DNA of 64,000 nucleotides from a virus. Numbering within the stretch: position 1 is the first letter of the stretch; every line of letters starts with the position of its first letter. Below the pieces are notes generated by a model. It was not told where the DNA came from, made no database searches, and saw only the letters and a list, made by a program, of their open reading frames with translations. The stretch spans positions 16,763 through 80,762 of IMG/VR virus record IMGVR_UViG_3300033182_000595. One strand, 5' to 3'. Positions 7,850 through 16,961 of this stretch are shown in pieces. The position numbers and the translations under genes are program-made.

Positions 7850-10413
7850 AAAGTTACCTCCTCTTTGTTCGTGATAGTCAGGAAGTTCTTCTTGAGATCC
7901 TCCCACTTGCGTAACAAGTAGTCCTCGCCATCCTCTGCACCTGTGGCACTTGGATCATAGCCAGTGACATGCTGAGCAAGTAACTCATCCTCGCTCATCG
8001 TCTTGACATCACGGGGTACTCGCTTGCCGTACAGGCAGATCGTGGCGGCATCCTCCTTGTTGCCCAGCTTGTCGAACATCAACTCCTCGATGGAATTGCG
8101 ATGCAACATGACATACACATTGACATCCTCCTTGGAGGTTAGTCGATAGATACGACCAAGTGCCTGGTTGAACACACCATACGACCACTCAAGGCAACCG
8201 ATGATAAGATTCTTGCACTGCTCAAAGCTGAACGCTTGGGCACACTTGATACCCATGAGAAGCACAGGAACTTCTCCATCCTTGAACTTGGCGGCTTCCC
8301 GTGCCTTGTCCTCACGCTCACCATCAATCCTAGCGTACTTGATACCCACCTCACTCAATCGCTCAGCGATCTCGTTGGTCATACCATGACGGGCAGACAC
8401 ATGAATGATTTGTTCACCCTTGGATACATGATGGTATATCTTCTCCATACACATAAGTACCTTGGGGGTGAAGTTGGACTTGCTGTACATATTGTACTTT
8501 GAGCCGGAAGGATCACCGCAAATACCACGCAAGTATTGCATCTGCACACCATACCTGAACCTAGCATCATCCACAGGGATGTTGGCTGGATCCATGAAGT
8601 GCATGTAATTCATCCGTTGTTGCTGAGTCATTGGTACACGAATCTCGTACACATTGGACTTGGGCATATTCGGATTGCACTGAATCTTGCTGATGAATGA
8701 TACCGTTGGACGCAGTAGCTTGAGCAACTTGGCGGGCTGACTGATCGTGGGTGAAGACTTGAGATAGCTAGGACCACGACCCGTCTCCTTGTGTATCTGT
8801 TGCAAGGTATGGTCACGCTCCACGGTCATGAACTCAGTCTTGAAGTCACCGATCTCTCCAAGCTTGTAAGGCCAACGAGGGTTCAGTCTGTTGCCATGAT
8901 ACCAGTCAGGTACACACAACCAACCCATGAGAGAGAAGATGTTGAATACCATGTTAGGTATAGGAGTGGCAGACAGGGCGAACTTGTACTTGGGTTGCAA
9001 GCGTATGAAGTTACGAGTGATCTGCGAGTCAAGATTACAGATGAGATGTGCCTCATCGAGGATGACCATATCCCAGAACTTGTGACCGATCTCGGTAGCC
9101 AAACATGGTGTGTCGATACACTTGATCGCATGCTTGTCACCAGTTGGCTCACCCAGGTTGTGAGTATGAACCTCACCATCAACTATGCTGTAAGTAGCAT
9201 TGGTGGTGTCATACAGATCATAGGTGCGGGTAGTACCAAGACCGAAGTGGTAGTTGATAACATCCCGATTGCCCCACTCGTCATGTAAGGGAGGTACGCG
9301 AAACTTACGCTTCTTGAGATCCTTGCGATACAACTCCTCGGTGTCCTTCTTGGCTGAGTACCATGTGCTAGGCAACTGCTCTGTCCCACTACGGAACATC
9401 ACATGGTCATAGGTAAGGAATACACCATGAGGTAACTCACCACCATGTAGCTTGATTAAGGCATCATAGTCCTTGCGTGAGAATAGCTTGTACACAGGAA
9501 CATCTGGTGCAAACTTAGCGAACTCCGATGTCCATTGTGATGGCTTAGTGACCTCACCACCTTTGCCTTGCGAGTCCTTGACCGTACCCTTTGGGGCAAC
9601 AATCAGTACACGACCCGACATCTTGAGGATGACAAGACAGATAGCAATGAGTGTCTTACCGCATCCCGTCTCGGCTGAGATGAGAGCAGACTCGGCACAT
9701 GCTGACTGAGCGACATACTTCATCTGACCAGGGAAGAACTTGAACTCACCCGCTACCTCCATGTGTTGGAGGATCTCCATAGCCATGTTGTACTCGTCCT
9801 TGCGTTCCTCCGCTAGGGTAGGGATCACAGGCTTCTCGAAGTACTCCCATATCTTGGACTCATCAATGTCCTGGTCGATAGTAGGATGGTCACGGAAGTT
9901 TACCTTCCAACCTCTGTCGTCCGTGGTGGTAAGAGCAAAGTCCTTACCCTCAAGCGACATGTCATGTATCTTGGATGATACTTCCTTGGACTCCTCATTG
10001 AAGTGCATCTTCATCTTGGTGAAGGGCTCAATGTAACCAATGGCACGGGAAGTGAACTTGTACACCTTACCCTTGGTAAGCTGTAGGTTCTCCTCGTCCA
10101 CATCTTGGACACATGTGAGTTCACGCTTCTCATCAACATAAGCGATCTTCTCATAGTCGGTTGGCTCACGAAGGGGGCGAGCTATCCGTACTGAGGATTT
10201 AAGAGCTGCATCAATCAGCTCAGTTGCTTCTGGACTAACGAGACATGTCTTGTGGCTCATTAGCTTTTGGAGGCGTTGCCGTTCGCTTAGTGCTACCACT
10301 AGCGACATCGGTGTCCTCCCACCAACCAACTGCAAGTCTACCTTGATGTCGGATGGTGCATAGTCTGGATATGCGACGAGCTTGCCGTCACGCTCCTCTA
10401 TGTCATACTGCAT
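7846..10413 (-). CDS. SNF2-family (SF2) helicase/ATPase
   Basis: ETGCGKT Walker A, LDEAH Walker B, SATP motif III, QALGRIYR motif VI. Confidence 0.88.
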   Translation of the reverse strand: MQYDIEERDGKLVAYPDYAPSDIKVDLQLVGGRTPMSLVVALSERQRLQKLMSHKTCLVSPEATELIDAALKSSVRIARPLREPTDYEKIAYVDEKRELTCVQDVDEENLQLTKGKVYKFTSRAIGYIEPFTKMKMHFNEESKEVSSKIHDMSLEGKDFALTTTDDRGWKVNFRDHPTIDQDIDESKIWEYFEKPVIPTLAEERKDEYNMAMEILQHMEVAGEFKFFPGQMKYVAQSACAESALISAETGCGKTLIAICLVILKMSGRVLIVAPKGTVKDSQGKGGEVTKPSQWTSEFAKFAPDVPVYKLFSRKDYDALIKLHGGELPHGVFLTYDHVMFRSGTEQLPSTWYSAKKDTEELYRKDLKKRKFRVPPLHDEWGNRDVINYHFGLGTTRTYDLYDTTNATYSIVDGEVHTHNLGEPTGDKHAIKCIDTPCLATEIGHKFWDMVILDEAHLICNLDSQITRNFIRLQPKYKFALSATPIPNMVFNIFSLMGWLCVPDWYHGNRLNPRWPYKLGEIGDFKTEFMTVERDHTLQQIHKETGRGPSYLKSSPTISQPAKLLKLLRPTVSFISKIQCNPNMPKSNVYEIRVPMTQQQRMNYMHFMDPANIPVDDARFRYGVQMQYLRGICGDPSGSKYNMYSKSNFTPKVLMCMEKIYHHVSKGEQIIHVSARHGMTNEIAERLSEVGIKYARIDGEREDKAREAAKFKDGEVPVLLMGIKCAQAFSFEQCKNLIIGCLEWSYGVFNQALGRIYRLTSKEDVNVYVMLHRNSIEELMFDKLGNKEDAATICLYGKRVPRDVKTMSEDELLAQHVTGYDPSATGAEDGEDYLLRKWEDLKKNFLTITNKEEVTL

Positions 10414-10570
10414 TTATCTGTATTTCAATAATTTGTGCATCTTTTAGACCTTGAGACTTAAGGTGCCGAAGTGCCCCCTCTGCCTCTGTCTTGGTGAATG
10501 TAATTGTTTCCTGTGTGTCGGAGTTGCACAAGCAGTGCCCCATGCAGGAAACCAGGTATCTAGTTATCAT
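10403..10570 (-). CDS. Small hypothetical protein (55 aa)
   Basis: Fills the ThiF-SNF2 gap and overlaps both neighbours. Confidence 0.4.
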   Translation of the reverse strand: MITRYLVSCMGHCLCNSDTQETITFTKTEAEGALRHLKSQGLKDAQIIEIQINAV

Positions 10571-11253
10571 TTTATTTTTATTGGGTTAGTGACCCCCTTA
10601 GTGAGGTCAAAGAATACGCCCTGCACTTCTAGTTTACCCCACCTCAGCAGGGACCATACGAAGTGCAAGGCATGGTTAGCTACAACACTATTAACAAAAA
10701 GGTCTTGTCTGAAAAATTGGTCTACGCAACCGGGCGACTCCTCCTCTGTTGGTTCGTCTCCATAGATTAAATCTGAATGTTCTTCATATATGTTTGGTAG
10801 ATCTCCCTTGTATTGTCCGATCAGTACTTGACCAGATGTCTGAGCATTACCGCAGTCGATCATGTATGTGCCTTCATTCTGCCACGACTTAGCTATTGCC
10901 TCACGGGACTTGACGGTATCGACACATGATATGCATAGATCCACATTGTCTCGTGATGGTGCTTTGCGTGGTACTGCCATCCAGTTGGTGCGGTAGTACA
11001 GATTGATACGCTGACACAATGTCTTAGCCTTGTTGTGACCGACATCTGATTCATAGAATGCCTGTCTGCCTACATTGCTATATGATACGATATCGGGATC
11101 GAATGCAGTAACATGGATGGGTGTCCTGTTTAGTACATGGAGTGCATGATTGATACGGGCAAGTCCGTTGAGTACATGACTACCCGTGCCTCCGCATCCG
11201 TACACTGATATCTTGTTAATCGTCTTGGTCGTGGTGTGCCCTGATCCACTCAT
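10567..11253 (-). CDS. PRTRC-system ThiF/E1-like ubiquitin-like-protein activating enzyme
   Basis: GCGGTGS, DPDIVSYSNVGRQ, NKA, CVD, DCGN..SGQVLIG and a candidate catalytic Cys in PGC...QDLFVN. Confidence 0.9.
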   Translation of the reverse strand: MSGSGHTTTKTINKISVYGCGGTGSHVLNGLARINHALHVLNRTPIHVTAFDPDIVSYSNVGRQAFYESDVGHNKAKTLCQRINLYYRTNWMAVPRKAPSRDNVDLCISCVDTVKSREAIAKSWQNEGTYMIDCGNAQTSGQVLIGQYKGDLPNIYEEHSDLIYGDEPTEEESPGCVDQFFRQDLFVNSVVANHALHFVWSLLRWGKLEVQGVFFDLTKGVTNPIKIK

Positions 11254-11863
11254 GTAGTGTTACCTCCTGTTGTTTGATCTTGTTGCGTGGGGTGGGCATG
11301 TAGTTGAACTTGCTGTTGTAGAAGCAAGCCTCCCACTCCCAATGAGCCATGACATCCAATGAGAATGCAAACTCTGGGTTGGGACGATTGACTGAGCAAT
11401 GCCCCATGACCCCGCCCCGTGGATGTACATCAATCCCACGATATGGAATCTCGTATATCTTGTGGTGCAAGTTTGGTCGCTCGTCTTTACTTGTTGAGTA
11501 GATAGCAATGTTGAGCGTGTCCTGGTTATTCTTACGCTTAACCATGAAGACGATGCCCGGATGTCGATACCATCTCTGTTGCTTGCTCTTCTGTGGATCT
11601 CGCTCACTGATTGTTATCTTCCGCTTACTTGGCGGGCTGTACCAGATCATGATTCGATCTTGATCGAACCAAAGCATTCGATTGTCATAGAATGCATAGA
11701 CCTCAGCCGTACACTCAGCGGGTAGTATCTTGTTGAATGAATCCCTGTCTACTGCCCGTGGGTTACCCCATTGGTCATCCTGTTTGTCGTACAATACTGC
11801 AACGGATTTACCGTCATCATCGTACACCATTAAGCTATGCTTAGCTTCAATTAAGTTGGTCAT
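11216..11863 (-). CDS. PRTRC-system protein B-like (prokaryotic E2 family D)
   Basis: WYSPP..R, PGIVF, RP, PY, Cys in GHC, WE..FY.S.F; lies directly upstream of ThiF. Confidence 0.7.
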   Translation of the reverse strand: MTNLIEAKHSLMVYDDDGKSVAVLYDKQDDQWGNPRAVDRDSFNKILPAECTAEVYAFYDNRMLWFDQDRIMIWYSPPSKRKITISERDPQKSKQQRWYRHPGIVFMVKRKNNQDTLNIAIYSTSKDERPNLHHKIYEIPYRGIDVHPRGGVMGHCSVNRPNPEFAFSLDVMAHWEWEACFYNSKFNYMPTPRNKIKQQEVTLHEWIRAHHDQDD

Positions 11864-12800
11864 GACTTAGATATTTTAATAGTTCGTGGAATGGTTTGAA
11901 GCTCCCGATCATTGCTTCTGCTGTATCCAACTCGTGGCATTCGGGCATACATGTGCAGTCGCTAAACTCCTGCACCTCTGCGATCATATGATCTAGTATG
12001 AACCACGATGGATCCGTTGATTGTCCCATGTCGCCTGGTCTCCTCCTGACCTCTTGCATCCTCCTGTCTGGGCCGATGGCGAAGTTAGTATTCTCACCAG
12101 TTATGCGTGCCATGCGTCTTGTAATCATGGGGGAGAACCCATACCAAGAGCATACCGCAAATGGCCAAGTGGCGATGTCATCATCCCATCGGTCAGGTCT
12201 TTCCATCTCGCATACATTCTCCTTACAAGCACGGAGTAACCATTGTATGCGTGAAGGCATATTTTTAGGCACATCCATATTCTCAGGAGTTATCCAATCA
12301 GGGTAGAGCTTCTCGTTCTTCTCAGGGTATTTATCGCCATAATCCTCACTGTTACCCCACCAGTAGTGCAGGTAGTGAGTGAAGTCCCTCTCGATATCTG
12401 CGGGAGTAAGTATCCAGAACGGAGCATTGTCCAACAGATACATGATAAGAGGACCGACCCCGTATTGATTGTGCAACATCTCGCACCTCGGACCGATGGC
12501 GAACTTACGCTCGCATTGGTATGTGTTGAGGATAGGGTAGTTCCCTCTCTGACCAGTTACATATTCGATCTGTAAACCGAATGCATTATTGCCCAATACT
12601 TGATGTAGTACATCAGTAAGGTATGGATCAACCGCTGGGTCTCTCTGTACCTTTCTTTGTATTGTGCCATCTATGCGAATGAACTGAGGCAGAGCGTCAG
12701 GTGTTTCTAAAAGAGGGGAGGCACGGAGCGAGGGGACAAGCTTCCGCTCCCTTTCAAACGCGAGACATTCTTCATCACTTGGAATGATAACCGAAACCAT
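11847..12800 (-). CDS. PRTRC-system protein F-like (positional assignment)
   Basis: 317 aa ORF between the C and B genes, the usual slot for protein F; sequence similarity is weak by eye. Confidence 0.45.
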   Translation of the reverse strand: MVSVIIPSDEECLAFERERKLVPSLRASPLLETPDALPQFIRIDGTIQRKVQRDPAVDPYLTDVLHQVLGNNAFGLQIEYVTGQRGNYPILNTYQCERKFAIGPRCEMLHNQYGVGPLIMYLLDNAPFWILTPADIERDFTHYLHYWWGNSEDYGDKYPEKNEKLYPDWITPENMDVPKNMPSRIQWLLRACKENVCEMERPDRWDDDIATWPFAVCSWYGFSPMITRRMARITGENTNFAIGPDRRMQEVRRRPGDMGQSTDPSWFILDHMIAEVQEFSDCTCMPECHELDTAEAMIGSFKPFHELLKYLSHDQLN

Positions 12801-12806
12801 TGCTCG

Positions 12807-13061
12807 CTACCCTTTAGTTCCGTAGTTCCCTTTGAGTTCGTAGGTTGCGGATGGTCCTTTGCCTTCGAGCTTCCACTCTTCTTTTTCGTTTTGATAATAT
12901 GGTCCTCCTATCTCTCCCTTGGTAAGGGATGGGTATTGTCTACTATACAGATCCATTACTTCTTCTGGTGACATGTGTCTGCCGGGATCGGGCAGGATGC
13001 GTCCACCAAACTTGAACACTCGTTCAACTTCCTTTAATCCCTTTTGCTGTGCTTCTGACAT
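12807..13061 (-). CDS. PRTRC-system protein C (prokaryotic ubiquitin-like, Prok_Ub)
   Basis: RVFKF...LPDP...SPEEV..LYS..YP.L....I.GP and C-terminal GTKG; AGGAG RBS upstream of ATG 13061. Confidence 0.85.
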   Translation of the reverse strand: MSEAQQKGLKEVERVFKFGGRILPDPGRHMSPEEVMDLYSRQYPSLTKGEIGGPYYQNEKEEWKLEGKGPSATYELKGNYGTKG

Positions 13062-13184
13062 ACTTTCTTTTCTCCTGTTTTGGTCCTTGTACTCTAACTT
13101 GTAAGCCATCATAGAAGTGGTCTAAGTGACCACCCCGCTTGACTTGTAGCATTTCGTCTTTGGTTAATTGAATCAGTATTCTCT

Positions 13185-13817
13185 TCATAAAACCTCTAGG
13201 TCATCTAAACCGAATGGATCTTCCTCCTTTGTTTCTACTGCTGTAGCGATAGCCTCAGCCTCCTCCTCTGCGGTAGGCTTCTGAGTCACACGCTCAACTG
13301 CTTTCTCTGCGGCGGTCTTAAGCTCAGCCTTGTTCTTGACTGGTGTCTTCTCCACCTTTGGTTCTTCCTTCTTCTCGCCCAAGCGATCCTCATTCTCATC
13401 GAATAGACTGGCTTGACCCTCACGCTCCTTGGCTTGCTTTGCTCGAGCTTCATCCATCTCTTGCTTCTTAGTCTTACGAGGTGCAGGCTTAGCCTTGCCA
13501 TTGGTTGAACGCTTGGTAGCTGGCTTCTTCTTTTCCTCCACACGCTTCTTGATCTCGTTCTCGATATCCTCGATTGCAGTTGTGCCTTCGATGAGGACAT
13601 TGGAGTAGTGATGTATGTCAGCAATCAGTGCCTCGTCTGAGTACTCAGATAGTGGGTAGCTCTTGAACAAGGGACGCTCCAGTACCTGTTGGTCTTTCTC
13701 ATCCAGCTTGTCATTAAGTACCTTGGGGATCACATATATGTGTAGGTTGCTGTCCTTAATCTCCGTGCGGAAATCAAGCCTGTGTGTCTTGAGTAGTGGT
13801 ATAAGTGAGTTAATCAT
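13185..13817 (-). CDS. PRTRC-system protein E-like
   Basis: N-terminal L.PLL...L.I.V.P...PL domain followed by a K/E/A/P-rich low-complexity tail; directly upstream of protein C. Confidence 0.65.
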   Translation of the reverse strand: MINSLIPLLKTHRLDFRTEIKDSNLHIYVIPKVLNDKLDEKDQQVLERPLFKSYPLSEYSDEALIADIHHYSNVLIEGTTAIEDIENEIKKRVEEKKKPATKRSTNGKAKPAPRKTKKQEMDEARAKQAKEREGQASLFDENEDRLGEKKEEPKVEKTPVKNKAELKTAAEKAVERVTQKPTAEEEAEAIATAVETKEEDPFGLDDLEVL

Positions 13818-14094
13818 CGTCTGATATCCTTTCTATGTCTTTTTCTTCTATACTATATTCGTGCGCTAGGTACTCCTTGGCTTCCTTCATGTCCTTGAGT
13901 GCTTTCCTCATGTCCTTGAAGTAGTCCTCTATCTGTTCGGGTGAGTCTGAGCATTCGATTGCTTCGCATGTGTCCTTAAACATCTCCTTGGCATCAAGGT
14001 ATTGCTTGGCATGATCGTCTACATCTCGTCTGATATCAGCCCGTGAGGGCTCGGGTGGACTGTCCCACCCTGGTGGTTGTATTGCTAGGTTCAT
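13810..14094 (-). CDS. Hypothetical protein
   Basis: Coupled ORF. Confidence 0.5.
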   Translation of the reverse strand: MNLAIQPPGWDSPPEPSRADIRRDVDDHAKQYLDAKEMFKDTCEAIECSDSPEQIEDYFKDMRKALKDMKEAKEYLAHEYSIEEKDIERISDDD

Positions 14095-15101
14095 GAAAAT
14101 CTCTTCAATATCTCTGCCTTAATCATCTCAGGTACCTTACCCAGTGCATTCTTCATGAAGTCGGTGAGCTTCTTGATCGCATCACCATGCTTACTGAGCT
14201 TAGCCTCGATCTCTGTCAGTCTCTCCTCAAGTGACTCATCGGTAGCGGGACCGACTACACCACGAGCGAGATCCTCGATTGCCTCACGCAAACGAATGAC
14301 AGGATGTGGCTCTTCCGGGTCAGATTGCCTATCCTTGGATTGATTCTGCTTCAACTCATTGATGGTATCCTTGTACTCAGAGAGCTTGTCCCTGAACTCC
14401 TCGAAGTTCTTCTGAGCTAGCTTGATTGCATTCATCAATGGAACAACAGGAGGAGTACCAACCTTCTCATTGTAGTGAACAAGTGCATCCAGTTGCCAAT
14501 GCAGGGGATTGTCACCAATGCCAACTATGCTACGCTTGATCGCTTCGATCTCTTCCTCCTCGCCAGTCTTAGTGAATGTCTGAGGACTTGCATCCAACGC
14601 AGGGGCAGTCTCTTTCTCCGTGTCAATGACCACACCTTCAACTGGTTGCTCAGCTTCTGGCTCGTCGTCCGTGATAGTCATATCCAAGTCGCCCACATCT
14701 TGATGCTCATCAATACCAGAATCAGAGCTTGGGGTAGGGGAGGATGACTTGGGCACACTGCTGACTTGATCGAACTCACCACTCTCTAGCCTGTCGATCC
14801 ATCCTTGCATGGTCTTACACTTGATGTCCTGAAAGAACTCCTGTCTCTCGGATGGCTCACGGGGTACATCAGCGGGCTTGTCCCCGTCCATTGGCCAGTG
14901 AGGATTTGGTGTACCATCATGTAGTCGTGGCTTGTTGAACTTCTCACCCCCGAGGTCAGCCACATAGTATGTGAAGGTGAGACATGAGGGATCGAGAGCC
15001 TTGATACATTGGGTATTGAATGCGGTGATTGCCGCATCTCCCCCTCGTTCCTGTGTTCTCTTCTCCTGAATTAGTTTTTGTAGTTTATTAGACAATGACA
15101 T
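14091..15101 (-). CDS. Hypothetical protein with acidic linker and coiled coil
   Basis: AGGAG RBS before the ATG at 15101. Confidence 0.55.
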   Translation of the reverse strand: MSLSNKLQKLIQEKRTQERGGDAAITAFNTQCIKALDPSCLTFTYYVADLGGEKFNKPRLHDGTPNPHWPMDGDKPADVPREPSERQEFFQDIKCKTMQGWIDRLESGEFDQVSSVPKSSSPTPSSDSGIDEHQDVGDLDMTITDDEPEAEQPVEGVVIDTEKETAPALDASPQTFTKTGEEEEIEAIKRSIVGIGDNPLHWQLDALVHYNEKVGTPPVVPLMNAIKLAQKNFEEFRDKLSEYKDTINELKQNQSKDRQSDPEEPHPVIRLREAIEDLARGVVGPATDESLEERLTEIEAKLSKHGDAIKKLTDFMKNALGKVPEMIKAEILKRFS

Positions 15102-15786
15102 TTTGCTGTCTCCTTTGTTTGATTTTGTGAATAGTGATTGCTTTTTGTACTTCCTTGAGTGTGTGCCGGATATCTCCGTTGCCATTCTTGGCACAAACAA
15201 GAGCCGCCTTGTGAGGGATCTTGCATAGTCGAACAAGCTCATTGGCTACTTCCTCCGTGGATAGAGTTTTGATCTCAAACCACATGAATCTGCTTGAGAA
15301 CTTAGGTGTTAGGTGTTCGTCTTTCTCTGACTTGGACATGGCATCCCACTCCTCCCGACGGCATGGCTTCTTGTTAGTGGTAACAATAACCAGGTAATCG
15401 GATGGTAGCTCGTCCTGTAGCCAATCATGTAGGCAGTCCTGTACATCACGATGGATGTTATCCACTTCATTGATGACAATCGCACGGCGAGTACCATGCA
15501 TGGGTAACATGTGACTACTGTAGATCATCTCATCCACAACAGACTGAGTGACCTTAGTACCCTTATGTACGAATACATTAGACTCATGGTCAGCGTACTT
15601 GTTAGCCGCGAATGTAGCTATAGTAGTCTTGCCTCTGCCCTCAGCACCATGAATTAGAAAACATCGCTCCCCCATTGGGTTACATGCTTCTTCGAGAATG
15701 CAGTCGTAGTGCTGTGCGGTTGTGTCACCGATGATTTCTTCTGGTGTGGACGGGCGCCATCTTGCCCAATTAGTATTGTTTTGCAT
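15088..15786 (-). CDS. Clamp-loader clade AAA+ ATPase (RFC/DnaX/RarA-like)
   Basis: WRP...EIIG, GAEGRGKTT, INEVD, TTN, SRF, GDIR. Confidence 0.8.
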   Translation of the reverse strand: MQNNTNWARWRPSTPEEIIGDTTAQHYDCILEEACNPMGERCFLIHGAEGRGKTTIATFAANKYADHESNVFVHKGTKVTQSVVDEMIYSSHMLPMHGTRRAIVINEVDNIHRDVQDCLHDWLQDELPSDYLVIVTTNKKPCRREEWDAMSKSEKDEHLTPKFSSRFMWFEIKTLSTEEVANELVRLCKIPHKAALVCAKNGNGDIRHTLKEVQKAITIHKIKQRRQQNVIV

Positions 15787-15956
15787 CTGTTATTTTCTTC
15801 CTCCCATTGTTCAATGAATACTTCTTTGTTTAACTCCTCATCTGATTTGTCAGGTGGGGGTAAGTCCTCGTCTGCTCGTCTCATAGCATCCTTAACCATG
15901 TGCTGAACGAATACATTAGGATCCCCAATCACCTGACTTATGTGCTTTAGCGCCAT
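15654..15956 (-). CDS. Hypothetical protein
   Basis: AGGAGG RBS; overlaps the ATPase start. Confidence 0.4.
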   Translation of the reverse strand: MALKHISQVIGDPNVFVQHMVKDAMRRADEDLPPPDKSDEELNKEVFIEQWEEENNRCKTILIGQDGARPHQKKSSVTQPHSTTTAFSKKHVTQWGSDVF

Positions 15957-16290
15957 TGAGTTCCTCCTTTAGTCGTTCGTTCTCTGCCATAAGCTGGGCA
16001 ATCTTCTCGTTGTACCTCTTTATCGTACCCTTATACATTACCTTCTGGTCAGGTCTTACCTGCTGATTATCTACCCAGTAGACAATTTCTATAAGGTTGA
16101 TGGTGAACAGGATCACATCGTTGTACCATATCTCCATAATAGCCACATCGGGGAACCACTTCCTGATTAGAGCGAGTGCCGTGTGACCATGCTTACCCGA
16201 GAATGCCTGTGACTTCTGATGGAGAACCATCTCTGTCCTGTCTATGTCGTAGAACTTAGCGTGTAGCTTATTCCGTATGCCTTGTGTCAT
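15916..16290 (-). CDS. Hypothetical protein
   Basis: Coupled ORF. Confidence 0.5.
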   Translation of the reverse strand: MTQGIRNKLHAKFYDIDRTEMVLHQKSQAFSGKHGHTALALIRKWFPDVAIMEIWYNDVILFTINLIEIVYWVDNQQVRPDQKVMYKGTIKRYNEKIAQLMAENERLKEELNGAKAHKSGDWGS

Positions 16291-16961
16291 TTGAATCTAT
16301 ATTTAACCTCCATATCCATGTTTAGTGATTGCTTGCGTTGTAGCTTGTACTGAGCTGACGCATCCTTAACGACTACGCCCTCCCATATTCCTTTGCGGTC
16401 GCTATCCATGACATCGTTCATGAGCATGATCGCACTCTCGCTTGCATACATTTCCTTGTACATGGACACGACTGCCTCAGTCGTCCTGGCAACAGGGAAT
16501 ACAAACGCAGTAAGCGGATCCTTTATCGTATGACTACGCTCGATATCGTACCACTCATGTGTTGCACATAGAGCAAAGGACTCTCGGATCGAGCAATGCG
16601 GGTAGAATTGTTCATAGAGCTGTCTGCGTTCGTGATAGTTGCGATATCGGATACCCGACTCAGTAACATCAATGATTACAAACTTACCCTTGTTCTTACC
16701 GCAGTGCATATACTCCATATCCACCCAGTCCACATACTTAATGGGAGAGAGTAGGGTGCGTATCCTAGCCTTGTCCCCATCATCCATGTAGGTGTACTTC
16801 TGGCAGTGGCGATTGTAGAACTCCTTGGTATGACAGCAGTACAATACCCTGTGACCATCGAGCTTGGGTGTAGCAATCTCGGTAGATAGTAGCTTGAAAT
16901 CCCGTGGCAACTCCCCCCCGCCCGTTGGACGAGAGGGATAACCTACTGTTGAGACCATCAT
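16287..16961 (-). CDS. ATP-dependent ligase-type nucleotidyltransferase (adenylation domain only)
   Basis: Motif I KLDGHR, III DME, IIIa FVIID, IV EGVVVK, V VKYR; ends without an OB domain. Confidence 0.7.
   Translation of the reverse strand: MMVSTVGYPSRPTGGGELPRDFKLLSTEIATPKLDGHRVLYCCHTKEFYNRHCQKYTYMDDGDKARIRTLLSPIKYVDWVDMEYMHCGKNKGKFVIIDVTESGIRYRNYHERRQLYEQFYPHCSIRESFALCATHEWYDIERSHTIKDPLTAFVFPVARTTEAVVSMYKEMYASESAIMLMNDVMDSDRKGIWEGVVVKDASAQYKLQRKQSLNMDMEVKYRFK

Noticed and set aside
10567-11253. Thiamine or molybdopterin biosynthesis auxiliary gene
   Set aside because: Lacks the two CxxC zinc motifs of ThiF/MoeB, has no thiG/moaE neighbours, and has PRTRC-type motifs and context.
11242-11263. 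Additional operator copy (also 49366-49387)
   Set aside because: Only one half-site (AGTGTTAC) is present, so it was not counted.
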